Shown here: positions 38,403-48,082 of the stretch, piece after piece
Position numbering within the stretch: position 1 is the stretch's first letter
Layout: every line of letters begins with the position of its first letter
Assembly: GCA_965216655.1 (NCBI GenBank)
Contig: CBDCGP010000005.1
Location: 83,329-147,328, forward strand
DNA from: Acidimicrobiales bacterium
GTDB lineage: Bacteria; Actinomycetota; Acidimicrobiia; Acidimicrobiales; SZUA-35
Reading direction: 5' to 3'
Length of the DNA: 64,000 nucleotides
Notes under the pieces: model-generated
Seen by the model: the letters and a program-made list of their open reading frames with translations, nothing else
Told to the model about the DNA's origin: nothing
Database searches by the model: none
Translations under genes and position numbers: made by a program

Positions 38403-39101
38403 TCAGAGGTCAACGGTTCGGCCGTCGGCCAGTTCGACGACGGCCGTCAGTTGCCGCTCCCCCGCCGTCACCACAACCTCACCGTTGTCGAGCCCGAGGT
38501 CGAGCGAGATCAACAGATCGACGATCGCGTGGTCCGGGTGGGCGATCCGCAGCGCGGCCAGCCGGCCCAGACGAGGGGTCGACCGGGCCGGGGTTTCGGT
38601 TGCACCCCAGTCGATGACGAACGGGATGACGCCGTCGCTCGCCGGATTGGCCCGTCCGAGCGACGCCGAGGCGGGCCGGGTCAGCCGCCACGAGATCTCG
38701 ACGCCGTCTGGTCGGCGGCGGCTCATCGCCGTGATCTCACCGGGATCGAAACCGGCCGCCCGCATCCGGTCGGCCACCGACTCGATCGTCTCGTCGCCGG
38801 TCGGGTGGATGGCGAACGACGCCATCCGCGGCGGGCCCAGGCCGTCGACTCCGAACGGCCGGGCGCCGGTGTGATCGGCCTGATCCGGATCGACCGAGAT
38901 GATCTCGAAGTAGGTGCTGTCGTCGAACGAGGCCAGGGCGTTGCGGGTGCCGGCCCCCGGATGGGAGCCGCCCGCCACGGCCCGGACCCCGGTCAGCGAC
39001 TCGACGGCGGCCGTACCGGCATCGAGATCGGGAACGGCGTAGACGAGGTGATCGATGGTTGGCACCTCGCCAAAATAGCGTTCTGCGGCCCCCCGACCCA
39101 C
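38403..39101 (-). CDS. VOC (glyoxalase-like domain) family protein
   Basis: 232 aa. It contains IDHLVYAVPDLD and YFEIISVDP, typical of glyoxalase-like domains. Confidence 0.6.
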   Translation of the reverse strand: MGRGAAERYFGEVPTIDHLVYAVPDLDAGTAAVESLTGVRAVAGGSHPGAGTRNALASFDDSTYFEIISVDPDQADHTGARPFGVDGLGPPRMASFAIHPTGDETIESVADRMRAAGFDPGEITAMSRRRPDGVEISWRLTRPASASLGRANPASDGVIPFVIDWGATETPARSTPRLGRLAALRIAHPDHAIVDLLISLDLGLDNGEVVVTAGERQLTAVVELADGRTVDL

Positions 39102-39160
39102 CGAAACGGGGGCCGGGGAACCGCAGAACGGTTTGACTATTTATGTGTGACTGAAGCCGG

Positions 39161-42100
39161 CTAGCCGATCCCGAGATGGGTCAGCGAGCGGGCCATGACC
39201 TCGGTGCGCTCGGCCTCCGACGTGATGCCCTCGAAGCCGAAGCCGAAGTACAGGGTGTCCTCGGTGGCGACGATGCTGGCGATCTCGAAGAGGATGCCGA
39301 CCCGCTCCCAGTCATTGGGGTTGGGGGCGCTGCCCTCGGGCGAGCCGGGAATGGTGAACCCATCCAGTCCGTCCTCGAACGACGTCTCGAGCAGCGTTCC
39401 GGTGTTGGCGGTGACCGACACGTCGTCGACGAAGACGCCGAGATCGCCGGTGGCCCAGTCGGTGGCGAACGTGATCGAGATCTCGACCTCGGAACCGGCG
39501 TAGGCCGACAGGTCGATCGACCACTGCTCGATGCCCGCCGACGGGCCGCTGGTGGCGTGCCACTCGCCGGTGGTACCGGTTGGGCTGCAGGTGCCGTCGG
39601 GGTTCAACGTCTGGTAGCTGAACAGCTGCGGATGCAGCTGATCGGCCCAGCCGGAGGTACACGACTGACCGGTGTTCTGGCTGGTGTGGCCGTTGGCATC
39701 GGGCAGCGTGGTCCAGTCGTCGCCACCCGCGGTGCGGGCCTCGACGAACATGAAGTCCCAGTTGGCTTCGGTGGAGTACGACGTGGCGAAGTCGAACGTG
39801 GCCGAGGTGGCTCCGGTGAGGTCGACGGTGGTGGCCAGACGCTTGTAGGCCACGTCGTCGTGCCCGGTGGCCACTTGCCAATCGCCGGTCACCGGCTCGA
39901 ACGGAGCGCCGCCACCGGTCTCCCAGCGGGCCAGCCGCTCGGAGGCCGCGATCAGCGGGAACTCCTCGTTCGGAAGGATGCTGTCGGTGACCACGAACGA
40001 TGCGGTACCGGTGCCGAGACCGGCATCGGTCGCACCCTGGTTGTTCGCCGAGTCGCCGCCGTCGAGGCTGAAGGTGTAGCCGTCGAAGGCCCCACCGGTC
40101 CCGGCGACGTCGTAGGACGTGCCGTCGGGAGCCAGACCGCCCCGCCGTGATCGACTGAAGGCGCCGAACCAGTACTGGTAGACGTCGTCGGTCAGGATCA
40201 GGCAGTTGTCGACGCAGGTCTCCGACGGAGCGCCGTTCTGGCCGTAGTTGAGCGGGAAGAACTCCTCGAAACCGTGGTTCTTGCCCGTGGCCAGGACCTT
40301 GCCGCCCTCGTTGACGTAGTCACGGATGTTCATGTTCATCTCGTGGGCGAACAGGGTGGTGTTGAGACCACCCTGGTAGTCGGTCACCAACTTCTCGCCG
40401 GTGTACCAGATGACGCCGTCGTAGTGGTTGAGCACACCCATGGGGTGCGGGGCCACCTCGTCGTCGACACCGAGCACGTCATAGCTGACGCCGTTGGCAT
40501 CGAGGGCGTCGGTGTAGTACTCGACATACTCCAGCGGAGCGAGACCACCGAGTGCGGTCCCGGGGCTGTTGTCGGCCAGAACCAGGACCTCAGCGCCCGA
40601 TGTGTTGACCACCTCGTAGGTGAAGTGCTCTGACTCGATCTTGGCCGCCGCCGGGTTGCCACCGCCTGACGGCGTGTCAACGGCGGTGAACCAGACCTCG
40701 ACCGAGTCGCCTTCGCTTTGGCCGGTCACGGTGGCCCGATACTCGCCGTACCAGACGTTGCCGTTGTCGCCATAGCGCTGACCGCCGCCCCACTCGGGCA
40801 CCGACTTGGTGACCTCGGGGCCGCCGTTGATCGAGTAGTGCATGCGGAGCTGCTTGTGCTCACGACGGGTCCAGACCGCAACCTCCTGGTCGGCGCCCCA
40901 ACTCTCGGTGAAGGCGTCGACCTGGAAATCGGGAGCCGGGCTCAGCACCGCCGAGTCGGCCGGGTTGGCCGGGTCGGCCGCCGATTCGGCGATCGACAGC
41001 TGGTAGTTGATGTTCTTCTCGAACTCGAACTGAACCAGCGCCTCGGAGTCGGGGAACTCGAATCCGGAACGTCCTTCGTCCTGACAGTACGTCGGGCCGA
41101 ACTCGTCGTCCGGGTCGTAGGTGGTGGCCGTCTGACAGGTGGCCAGCTCCGGTGTGTAGGCCATGATGCCGTGGGCACCGACGGCGTGACCGGTGGTGGT
41201 GCCGTTGGTGATGTACAGCTCAGCCGACAGATCCGGGTCGTAACCCTCGACACCGGGGTCGGCGTCGGTGCCGTTGATGGCGATGTTGATCAGATCATCC
41301 GGTGTCGGGCTGTCGACCTGGTTACCGGTGCCGTAGAGCAGCAGCTCGGCCGCCGAGTGGTAGTTGACCAGGAACGAGAAGTCGTACTGGCCCATCAGGG
41401 CGTCGAGAGCCTGGGTCTCGGGCTCCGAGGAGGGGGCCGTGCCCCGGTACACCTGGCTGGTCGGGTTGTCGGACGAACCCTCGTTGTCCTGACCCCAGTT
41501 GGTGGCGAAGTTGCGGTTGAGGTCGACGCCGTCGATTGTGGTGATCTCACCGTCGCCGTTGTTGTCGCGCAGGTTCTTGCGCCACAGGCGGTTGCCCTCG
41601 GTGAACGTCCAGTCGTAGCCGTCCGGGTTGGCGACGATGATGAACCAGATCTCCGTGGTGTCGAGAATCTCGGTGATCCGATCGTCGGTGCCGTAGTTCT
41701 CCAGGTAGTGGCGCATCAGCCGCCGGTTGACCTCGGGTGAGATCCACTCCCGGGCGTGCTGGGCCGAGATGTTCAAAATGGCGGGACGGGAACCCCGGCG
41801 CTTGGTGTCGGCCTTCTCGGTGACGCGCATCGCCCAGATGTCGTCGCCGTTGAGCGACTGGCCGATGGTGATGAGTTCGGTGAGGTCATCGTACTCGTTG
41901 GCGAGGAACTCCATCTCGTCCTTCAGACCGCCGGGTTCACCCCATTGGCGCCAGACCTCGAAGCCGTTCTCGGCCTCTTCGAACGCGGCCTGAGCCGTGG
42001 TCTGGCCGTTGCGGTTCCGCTTGAGCGAGATGTCGAGGTCAAAGGCCCTGCGGGCCTTGTTGGCCTCGCCCGGCGACATGATGACCTCGATCGTCACGAC

Positions 42101-42307
42101 CTCGCCTTCGAAGCTCTCCGACACGACGTCGTAGCCTTCGGTTCGCATGGCGTTGGCCACGTCGGCGGTGGTCTCGATCACGTAGAGGTCAAGGCGTCCT
42201 TGACCACTCATTTCACTTGGCGACCCCTCCGGTGGGTCGGCCGATACCGCCGTGGGCACGGCAAGCATCGCGATGGCCGCAAGTACGGCCAGCAATCGTT
42301 TCAGCAT
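39161..42307 (-). CDS. Large secreted M14-family zinc carboxypeptidase with C-terminal accessory domains
   Basis: 1048 aa with a signal peptide. M14 motifs: SAQHAREW (HxxE), ANPDGYD, VDLNRNF, NYHSAAELLLYG. Confidence 0.85.
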   Translation of the reverse strand: MLKRLLAVLAAIAMLAVPTAVSADPPEGSPSEMSGQGRLDLYVIETTADVANAMRTEGYDVVSESFEGEVVTIEVIMSPGEANKARRAFDLDISLKRNRNGQTTAQAAFEEAENGFEVWRQWGEPGGLKDEMEFLANEYDDLTELITIGQSLNGDDIWAMRVTEKADTKRRGSRPAILNISAQHAREWISPEVNRRLMRHYLENYGTDDRITEILDTTEIWFIIVANPDGYDWTFTEGNRLWRKNLRDNNGDGEITTIDGVDLNRNFATNWGQDNEGSSDNPTSQVYRGTAPSSEPETQALDALMGQYDFSFLVNYHSAAELLLYGTGNQVDSPTPDDLINIAINGTDADPGVEGYDPDLSAELYITNGTTTGHAVGAHGIMAYTPELATCQTATTYDPDDEFGPTYCQDEGRSGFEFPDSEALVQFEFEKNINYQLSIAESAADPANPADSAVLSPAPDFQVDAFTESWGADQEVAVWTRREHKQLRMHYSINGGPEVTKSVPEWGGGQRYGDNGNVWYGEYRATVTGQSEGDSVEVWFTAVDTPSGGGNPAAAKIESEHFTYEVVNTSGAEVLVLADNSPGTALGGLAPLEYVEYYTDALDANGVSYDVLGVDDEVAPHPMGVLNHYDGVIWYTGEKLVTDYQGGLNTTLFAHEMNMNIRDYVNEGGKVLATGKNHGFEEFFPLNYGQNGAPSETCVDNCLILTDDVYQYWFGAFSRSRRGGLAPDGTSYDVAGTGGAFDGYTFSLDGGDSANNQGATDAGLGTGTASFVVTDSILPNEEFPLIAASERLARWETGGGAPFEPVTGDWQVATGHDDVAYKRLATTVDLTGATSATFDFATSYSTEANWDFMFVEARTAGGDDWTTLPDANGHTSQNTGQSCTSGWADQLHPQLFSYQTLNPDGTCSPTGTTGEWHATSGPSAGIEQWSIDLSAYAGSEVEISITFATDWATGDLGVFVDDVSVTANTGTLLETSFEDGLDGFTIPGSPEGSAPNPNDWERVGILFEIASIVATEDTLYFGFGFEGITSEAERTEVMARSLTHLGIG

Positions 42308-42531
42308 GTTTTTCTTCCCCTGGATGAAGTTTGTGCGGCATAACGTCCCAACGAATCGAGACGTAGGGGAACGAACCTAGTTCATTGACGCTGTGACACC
42401 AAAGTGGATGGATCAGATTTACCCAACGACAACCAACCACCCCCCGATCTGCTCACCCTGCCGCGTACCCGCTGGTAACAAAGTGAACAGTTCGTTCAAT
42501 CGTCGGCTTACACCCCGGGCGGGCGGCGGGC

Positions 42532-43581
42532 TCAGGCGACGTCGAGCGGAGCCGTGAGCCGGGTGTCGGCAAGCACGATCCCCCCTCGTTCGCCGACCTC
42601 GACCGAACCGTAGCGTTGGGCGAACACCGGCGGAAGCGTGCGGTCTCCGGGGAGTGACAGCCACATCCGCAGCAGGTGCCGTCGCCGGGCGGGTTCAGCG
42701 TGATCGACGAATGCGGTCCGGTCGTGGAGCAACGAATGGTTGTAGACGAACTGCATGTCGCCCGGCTCTAGGTCCATCGCCAGATACACCTCGGGCCGGT
42801 TGCAGATCTCGTCCCACACGTCGAGCGCTTCGACCTGCTCCGGTTTCAGATGCGGCGCGTCTGCGAAGCGCGACGCCGACTCGATGTAGGTTCGCTGGTA
42901 GAGCACCGTCAGCCTGTCGTCGTGCCACGACAACACCGGGATCTCGAACCAGGGGTCGGCACCAACCGGCACCTCTCCCCGCCGATCGGTGGCGATCGGC
43001 TCGAACAACACCGGCGCCAGATCGGGTCGCTCGTCCACCATGATCCGGTACGCCGTTTCGGCGCTCACCAACAGCGATCGACCACCCGATCGTGCGGTGG
43101 TGCGACAGAGCAGCACGACGCAGTCGGTCGAATCGGTGTGGAAGCTCTGCCGTTCGTTGGTCTGGTAGATGCGGGTGCCCGGGTCGGCAAGATCACCACC
43201 GACGTCTTTGACATGACCGAGGAGATGGCCGGAGGCGTTCTGTGACCGCAGCGTTCCGAGGAGCCGGCCGACGACGAGGAAGCCGACCGCCTCGAGGCGG
43301 CGATCGATCCGGCCGACCGGGTAGCCCTTCAGGAGCGTGAACCCGAGACCGTCGATGAGGTCGGCTCGGATGGCGGCCGCCAGCCGTTGCAGAGACTCGG
43401 GTACATCGGTTCCGAGGTCGAGGGCGGTCAGATCCTCGTCGAGGTGACGACGGGCGAGCGCCAACAGATCGTCGAGTTGTTCGTCGGTCCAGCGCCGGAT
43501 CCAGCGCTCGGGGGACGAGGCGAGGTCCGACCCCATCCAGGTGGCGGGCCGATCGGGAGTCGATGTTGGAGTCGTGGTCAT
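42532..43581 (-). CDS. TauD/TfdA-family Fe(II)/2-oxoglutarate dioxygenase
   Basis: 349 aa. It has the HxD facial-triad motif (SFHTDSTD) and the distal His (NHSLLHDR). Confidence 0.75.
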   Translation of the reverse strand: MTTTPTSTPDRPATWMGSDLASSPERWIRRWTDEQLDDLLALARRHLDEDLTALDLGTDVPESLQRLAAAIRADLIDGLGFTLLKGYPVGRIDRRLEAVGFLVVGRLLGTLRSQNASGHLLGHVKDVGGDLADPGTRIYQTNERQSFHTDSTDCVVLLCRTTARSGGRSLLVSAETAYRIMVDERPDLAPVLFEPIATDRRGEVPVGADPWFEIPVLSWHDDRLTVLYQRTYIESASRFADAPHLKPEQVEALDVWDEICNRPEVYLAMDLEPGDMQFVYNHSLLHDRTAFVDHAEPARRRHLLRMWLSLPGDRTLPPVFAQRYGSVEVGERGGIVLADTRLTAPLDVA

Positions 43582-43597
43582 CGGTCTTGCCGCCTCG

Positions 43598-44542
43598 TCA
43601 CGTGCGGGAGCGGAAGGCGTCGAGAATCTCCGACCCCGATGCCAACCAGACGTCGTCGGGGGCGACCAGCGCTTCCAGCGCCCGACCGAGGGCGGCGATG
43701 CGGTGGGGCTGGCCCGACATCCAGGGGTGGATCGTGACCGAGACGATCCGGCCGTCGGTGGCGGAACTCTCCCGGTGGACGACGGCCATCGCGTCGGTGA
43801 CCTGGTCGACGAACGACTGCTCCGACTGCTGGTAGTGCATCTGAATCGTCTGGTCGTCGAGTTCGTGACTCAACGGCATGGCGTGGATGATCCCATTGGC
43901 CGTGGTCAGCGGGAACGGCATGTCGTCGTTGTACCAGTCGCACACGTACTCGACGCCCCGGGCGGCGAGCAGGTCGAGCGTGTTGCCGGACTCGGACCGG
44001 CCGGGTGAGAGCCAACCGGTGACCGGCTGCCCCGAGGCCGAGCGCAACACCTGCAGAGCCTCGTCGATGAGGGCGGCCTCGGCGTCGACGTCGAGGCCGC
44101 CGTGGTGCAGCGAACCCATGTCGACACCGTTGGCGACGACCTCCCATCCCCGGTCGACCACCTCCCTCATCAGCCGCGGGTACCGCTCCGCCACCTTGGA
44201 GTTGAAACTGACCGACGGTCGCATGCCCATCCGGTCGAGCAGCCTGAACACCCGGAACACACCGACCCGGTTGCCGTAGTCACGCAATGTGTAGTGCCGG
44301 AGGTCCGGATAGGGGGTGACCATGCCGCCCGGCGCCTTGAACGGCTGGGCCGGCTGGTCGAGGGGGAAGAACTCGAGGGCGACGTTCACCCACACGGCGA
44401 CCCGGGCCCCGCCGGGCCACGCGACGGGCTCGCGGTCGTGCATCATCGACCACTCGTACCATCGGTGGCCCATGCCGTGGCCCCGGTTGGCGAACTGCAT
44501 GTAGGAGTCGGGGAGGCCCGGATGCGGCTCGGCCATCGTCAT
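43598..44542 (-). CDS. NodB-homology (polysaccharide deacetylase / PuuE-allantoinase-like) hydrolase, copy B
   Basis: ATG 44542 overlaps the upstream stop (ATGA). It contains RDYGNRVGVFRVFRLLDRMGMRPS and SVTIHPWMSGQPHRI. Confidence 0.75.
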   Translation of the reverse strand: MTMAEPHPGLPDSYMQFANRGHGMGHRWYEWSMMHDREPVAWPGGARVAVWVNVALEFFPLDQPAQPFKAPGGMVTPYPDLRHYTLRDYGNRVGVFRVFRLLDRMGMRPSVSFNSKVAERYPRLMREVVDRGWEVVANGVDMGSLHHGGLDVDAEAALIDEALQVLRSASGQPVTGWLSPGRSESGNTLDLLAARGVEYVCDWYNDDMPFPLTTANGIIHAMPLSHELDDQTIQMHYQQSEQSFVDQVTDAMAVVHRESSATDGRIVSVTIHPWMSGQPHRIAALGRALEALVAPDDVWLASGSEILDAFRSRT

Positions 44543-45513
44543 GCCCCCTCCCCGTTCGCTTCCGCAATGGCGGCCACCGCGGTGTCGTAGTGGTGCTCGT
44601 AGTAGTACTCGGCGATCTCCCGACCGGTGGTGACCCACACGTCGTCGTGGCCGGTGATGTACTCGATCGCCTCCTCGAACGCGCCGATCCGGTGGGGCCG
44701 GCTGACGGCATAGGGATGCAGCGGAATACACATGACCGTCCCGTTCTCCGCGCCGTCGGCGTGGAGCTGGTCGAAGTTGGCCTTCAGCATGTCGGCGTAG
44801 CGTCGGGGCGACTGCTGGTTGACGTTGTAGACGATGATGTCGTTCATCTCGAGCGAATACGGAATGGAGATGAGCCGACCCGAACGAACGTTGACCGGCT
44901 GGGGTTGATCGTCGCAGAACAGGTCGCAGGTGTAGAGAATCCCGTACTCGGCCAGCAGATCCATGGTCCGCTCCGTGTGGGTCAGCGCCGGGGCCAGGTA
45001 CCCGGCGATGCGTTGCCCCGTGGCCCGCTCGACCGTTTCGAGCGAATCCTCGATCACCGCTCGTTCCTGGGCCTCGGTCATCCCGTAGGAGTAGTGGGTG
45101 TTGTAGATGCCGTGGGAGAAGATCTCCCAGTCTCGTTCCAGACAGGCCTCGATCAGCTCCGGATGGTGGTCACAGACCGCCACGTTCAGCGACACGCTGC
45201 CCCGCACCCCATGGCGATCCATGGCCTCCATCATTCGCATCGTGCCGACCCGGTTGCCGTAGTCGCGCAGCGAGTAGTTCAAAACGTCGGGTTCCGTGCG
45301 GGCCCACGCCTTGCGGGTGGGGTTGGGTTGGGGGTGGAGCTCGTAGAACTCGATGTTGGGGGCAACCCAGAACGCCAGTCGGGCCCCGTTCGGCCAAGTC
45401 AGCTTCGGTCGGCCCTCCCACGGCCAGTACTCGTAGAGGCAGGGGTCGGCCGGATCGGAGAACGGCTCGCGCATGGGCACGACGGGGGTGGCGGCCGCTG
45501 AGCCGTCAGTCAT
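44539..45513 (-). CDS. NodB-homology (PuuE-allantoinase-like) hydrolase, copy A
   Basis: ATG 45513. It contains RDYGNRVGTMRMMEAMDRHGVRGS and CIPLHPYAVSRPHRI. It is a paralogue of the downstream gene. Confidence 0.75.
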   Translation of the reverse strand: MTDGSAAATPVVPMREPFSDPADPCLYEYWPWEGRPKLTWPNGARLAFWVAPNIEFYELHPQPNPTRKAWARTEPDVLNYSLRDYGNRVGTMRMMEAMDRHGVRGSVSLNVAVCDHHPELIEACLERDWEIFSHGIYNTHYSYGMTEAQERAVIEDSLETVERATGQRIAGYLAPALTHTERTMDLLAEYGILYTCDLFCDDQPQPVNVRSGRLISIPYSLEMNDIIVYNVNQQSPRRYADMLKANFDQLHADGAENGTVMCIPLHPYAVSRPHRIGAFEEAIEYITGHDDVWVTTGREIAEYYYEHHYDTAVAAIAEANGEGA

Positions 45514-46180
45514 CACCGCCTCCCGACTCGATGTACGCCAGCACATCGGTGAACGGCAACACATCACCGTACTTGAGGGAGATGTCGCACAGGTTGGCGA
45601 AGTGGGGGATCTCGTGTTTGTCGGCCACGCACTCCTCGGGCACGATCGTGCGGTATCCCCGCGACAGGCTGTCGACCACTGCGGCCCGAACGCAACCCGA
45701 GGTCGATCCGCCGGTGATGATCACGGTGTCGACTTGGTGCCACACGAGAAGACTCGACAGCTGGGTCTCGAAGAACGGCGACGGCATCTTCTTCTCGTAG
45801 ATCACGTCCCGCACCCGGTCGACGTCGAGCCGATCGTCGAGCTCCGAGCGACGCGAGCCCCGCTTGATGTTCTGGAGTGAGTTCTCGGTGTCGGTGCGGG
45901 TGCCCCAGATGCCGCAGTCCTCCCCCGACTCCATGTAGGCCACGTAGGTCCAGACCACCGGCCAGCCCCGGGCCCTGGTGGCGGCGACCAGTTGATTGAC
46001 GTAGTCGAGCTGGTTCGGGTCGGTCTGGTAGGCGGTGGGGAACTCGTCGACCCTCGTGTAAGCGTTCTGCAGGTCGACGTTGACCAGTGCCGCCTTCTCG
46101 CCGAACCCGAACCGGGCCCGATTGGGGTTGGCCTTGATCTGTTCGTAGTACTGGCGGGCGGTCAGATCCGACGACTCCAT
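45506..46180 (-). CDS. Isochorismatase-family cysteine hydrolase, copy 2
   Basis: ATG 46180. It contains ALVNVDLQNAY and VIITGGSTSGCVRAAVVDS. Confidence 0.8.
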   Translation of the reverse strand: MESSDLTARQYYEQIKANPNRARFGFGEKAALVNVDLQNAYTRVDEFPTAYQTDPNQLDYVNQLVAATRARGWPVVWTYVAYMESGEDCGIWGTRTDTENSLQNIKRGSRRSELDDRLDVDRVRDVIYEKKMPSPFFETQLSSLLVWHQVDTVIITGGSTSGCVRAAVVDSLSRGYRTIVPEECVADKHEIPHFANLCDISLKYGDVLPFTDVLAYIESGGGDD

Positions 46181-46181
46181 G

Positions 46182-46592
46182 TCATGCTCCTTGGGTGAAC
46201 GTTCGGCTTGGTGGGGGCTGGTAGGGACGATCCCGGTCGATGACCACCGACTCGGCCAGGAGGTAGAACCGGAAGTCGGTGCGGCCGGCCGGCCCCCGCT
46301 CCGGGTCGATCGGGTTCTGCTCGAACCACTCCAGGTAGCGACGGTAGGCGTCGTGGTCGGCGAAGTGGAGTTCCACGATCCGGTAGAAGGTGGCCGGTTC
46401 GGTGGTCGTCTCGGTCCCGGCGCTGGTGGCGGTGATCGGACGCACGATGTCGTCGGCCACCAGTCGGTCGAGGTGGGGGTTGGCCAGCAGATCGGGAAAG
46501 TGGATCTCGGCCAGCCACCGCTCATAGTCTTCGACCGACACGCCGTCGACGATGTCATAGCCGAGAATCGCCTTGACCGCCGGCTCGCTCAT
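46182..46592 (-). CDS. Small EthD/Dabb-like (ferredoxin-fold) protein, tentative
   Basis: ATG 46592 overlaps the upstream stop (ATGA). 136 aa. The family assignment comes from general resemblance only. Confidence 0.4.
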   Translation of the reverse strand: MSEPAVKAILGYDIVDGVSVEDYERWLAEIHFPDLLANPHLDRLVADDIVRPITATSAGTETTTEPATFYRIVELHFADHDAYRRYLEWFEQNPIDPERGPAGRTDFRFYLLAESVVIDRDRPYQPPPSRTFTQGA

Positions 46593-47530
46593 TGCCCGGC
46601 CTCCCGTGCACCCGCTTCGGGCTCGGGTTCGACATCCCCTTCGCCGTGGTCGGCCGCGTTCTCGGCGATGCGGGCCTCCCATGCATTGGCCGCATTCAAT
46701 CCGACCACCTCGTTGACCTCGGCGAAGGTGGCCATGCGGTCGAGCCACGACTCTGTCGAGCCTTCGGTCGAGAGGTCGGCCAGAAGCTGCCGGGCCACCG
46801 GGACCAGCGCCCGGGTCAGGGCCCCCGGGTAGATGACGAGATGGAATCCCAGCTCACCCAACCGCTTCGCCGGCAGGAGCGGCGTCTTGCCGAACTCGAC
46901 CATGTTGGCCATCAGCCGGTGGCCGGCCAGTTCCCGGCCGACCCGCTCCAGCTCGCCCTCGTCCTGTGGGGCTTCGACGAAGAGGATGTCGGCCCCGGCC
47001 GCCGCGTAGCGGGCGGCCCGATCGAGCGCCTCGTCGAGACCGAGCGGGGCACGTGCGTCGGTGCGGGCGATGATGAGCAGCCCGTCATCGCCGGAGCGGG
47101 CGTCGACGGCGGCGGTGATTCGCTGCACCATCTCGTCGGGCCCGACGACGGTCTTGCCCTCGAAGTGACCGCACTTCTTGGGGAAGGCCTGGTCTTCCAG
47201 TTGGACCGCGGCAACCCCGGCCCGCTCGTAGAGCTTCACGGTGCGGGCCACGTTGTGGACCCCGCCGTAGCCGGTGTCGCCGTCGCAGATGACGGGCACG
47301 TCGACAGCGGCGCACACGTGCTCGGCCACCGCCGCCATCTCGGTCTGGGTGACCATGCCGAGGTCCGGTTGGCCGAGCACCGAGTTGGCCACGCCGGCCC
47401 CGCTGAGGTACACGGCCGGGAACCCCTCGGCCTCGATGAGCCGGGCGAACAGGGCGTTGAAGGCACCGGGGGCGACAACAGGCGGGGCGTCGTCGAGCAG
47501 ATTTCGCAGGCGGGCGGCCGGGGTGGTCAT
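46589..47530 (-). CDS. Isocitrate lyase/PEP mutase superfamily C-C lyase, copy 2
   Basis: 313 aa. It contains DGDTGYG and EDQAFPKKCGH. It is a paralogue of 15409-16296. Confidence 0.8.
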   Translation of the reverse strand: MTTPAARLRNLLDDAPPVVAPGAFNALFARLIEAEGFPAVYLSGAGVANSVLGQPDLGMVTQTEMAAVAEHVCAAVDVPVICDGDTGYGGVHNVARTVKLYERAGVAAVQLEDQAFPKKCGHFEGKTVVGPDEMVQRITAAVDARSGDDGLLIIARTDARAPLGLDEALDRAARYAAAGADILFVEAPQDEGELERVGRELAGHRLMANMVEFGKTPLLPAKRLGELGFHLVIYPGALTRALVPVARQLLADLSTEGSTESWLDRMATFAEVNEVVGLNAANAWEARIAENAADHGEGDVEPEPEAGAREAGQ

Positions 47531-47557
47531 CGACGTGCTCCGTTCATCCGATCTCGC

Positions 47558-48082
47558 TCACCGTCGCACCCCTCCGCCGCCGGCGAACAGCGCGGCCAGA
47601 TGGTTCTCCAGGCCCCCGACGGCCAGGATCGAACCGATCTCGTCGGGTAGGGCCACTGCGTTCAGCACCTCGCCGGTGTCGACCACGGTGACGCGGCCCG
47701 CGGCGATGTCGATCGACAGCCGCTGCCCTTCCTCGATGCGATCGGCGGCCGCACACTCGACCGGGGCGAGGCCGACGTTGATGCAGTTCCGGAAGAAGAT
47801 CCGGGCGAAGCTGCGGGCCACGATCGCCCCGACGCCGGCCGCCTGCAGGCCCCTCGGCGCCATCTCGCGACTGGATCCGTTGCCGAAGTTGCGGCCCCCG
47901 ACCACGATGTCACCCGGCGCGATCTCCTGGGCGAAGCCGGGTCGTATGCCGTCCATGACGTGCCTGGCGATCTCGGGGAGGTCGTGGAGGAGGTATTTGC
48001 CCGGCACGATCACGTCGGTGTCGATGTCGTCGCCGAACGTCCACGCTCGACCCTCGATCGATTGACCCACAGAGTCACTCAT
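47558..48082 (-). CDS. Aconitase-family dehydratase small subunit (LeuD-like)
   Basis: ATG 48082, overlapping the large-subunit stop by 8 nt. It contains DDIDTDVIVPGKYL and GRNFGNGSSRE. Confidence 0.8.
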   Translation of the reverse strand: MSDSVGQSIEGRAWTFGDDIDTDVIVPGKYLLHDLPEIARHVMDGIRPGFAQEIAPGDIVVGGRNFGNGSSREMAPRGLQAAGVGAIVARSFARIFFRNCINVGLAPVECAAADRIEEGQRLSIDIAAGRVTVVDTGEVLNAVALPDEIGSILAVGGLENHLAALFAGGGGVRR

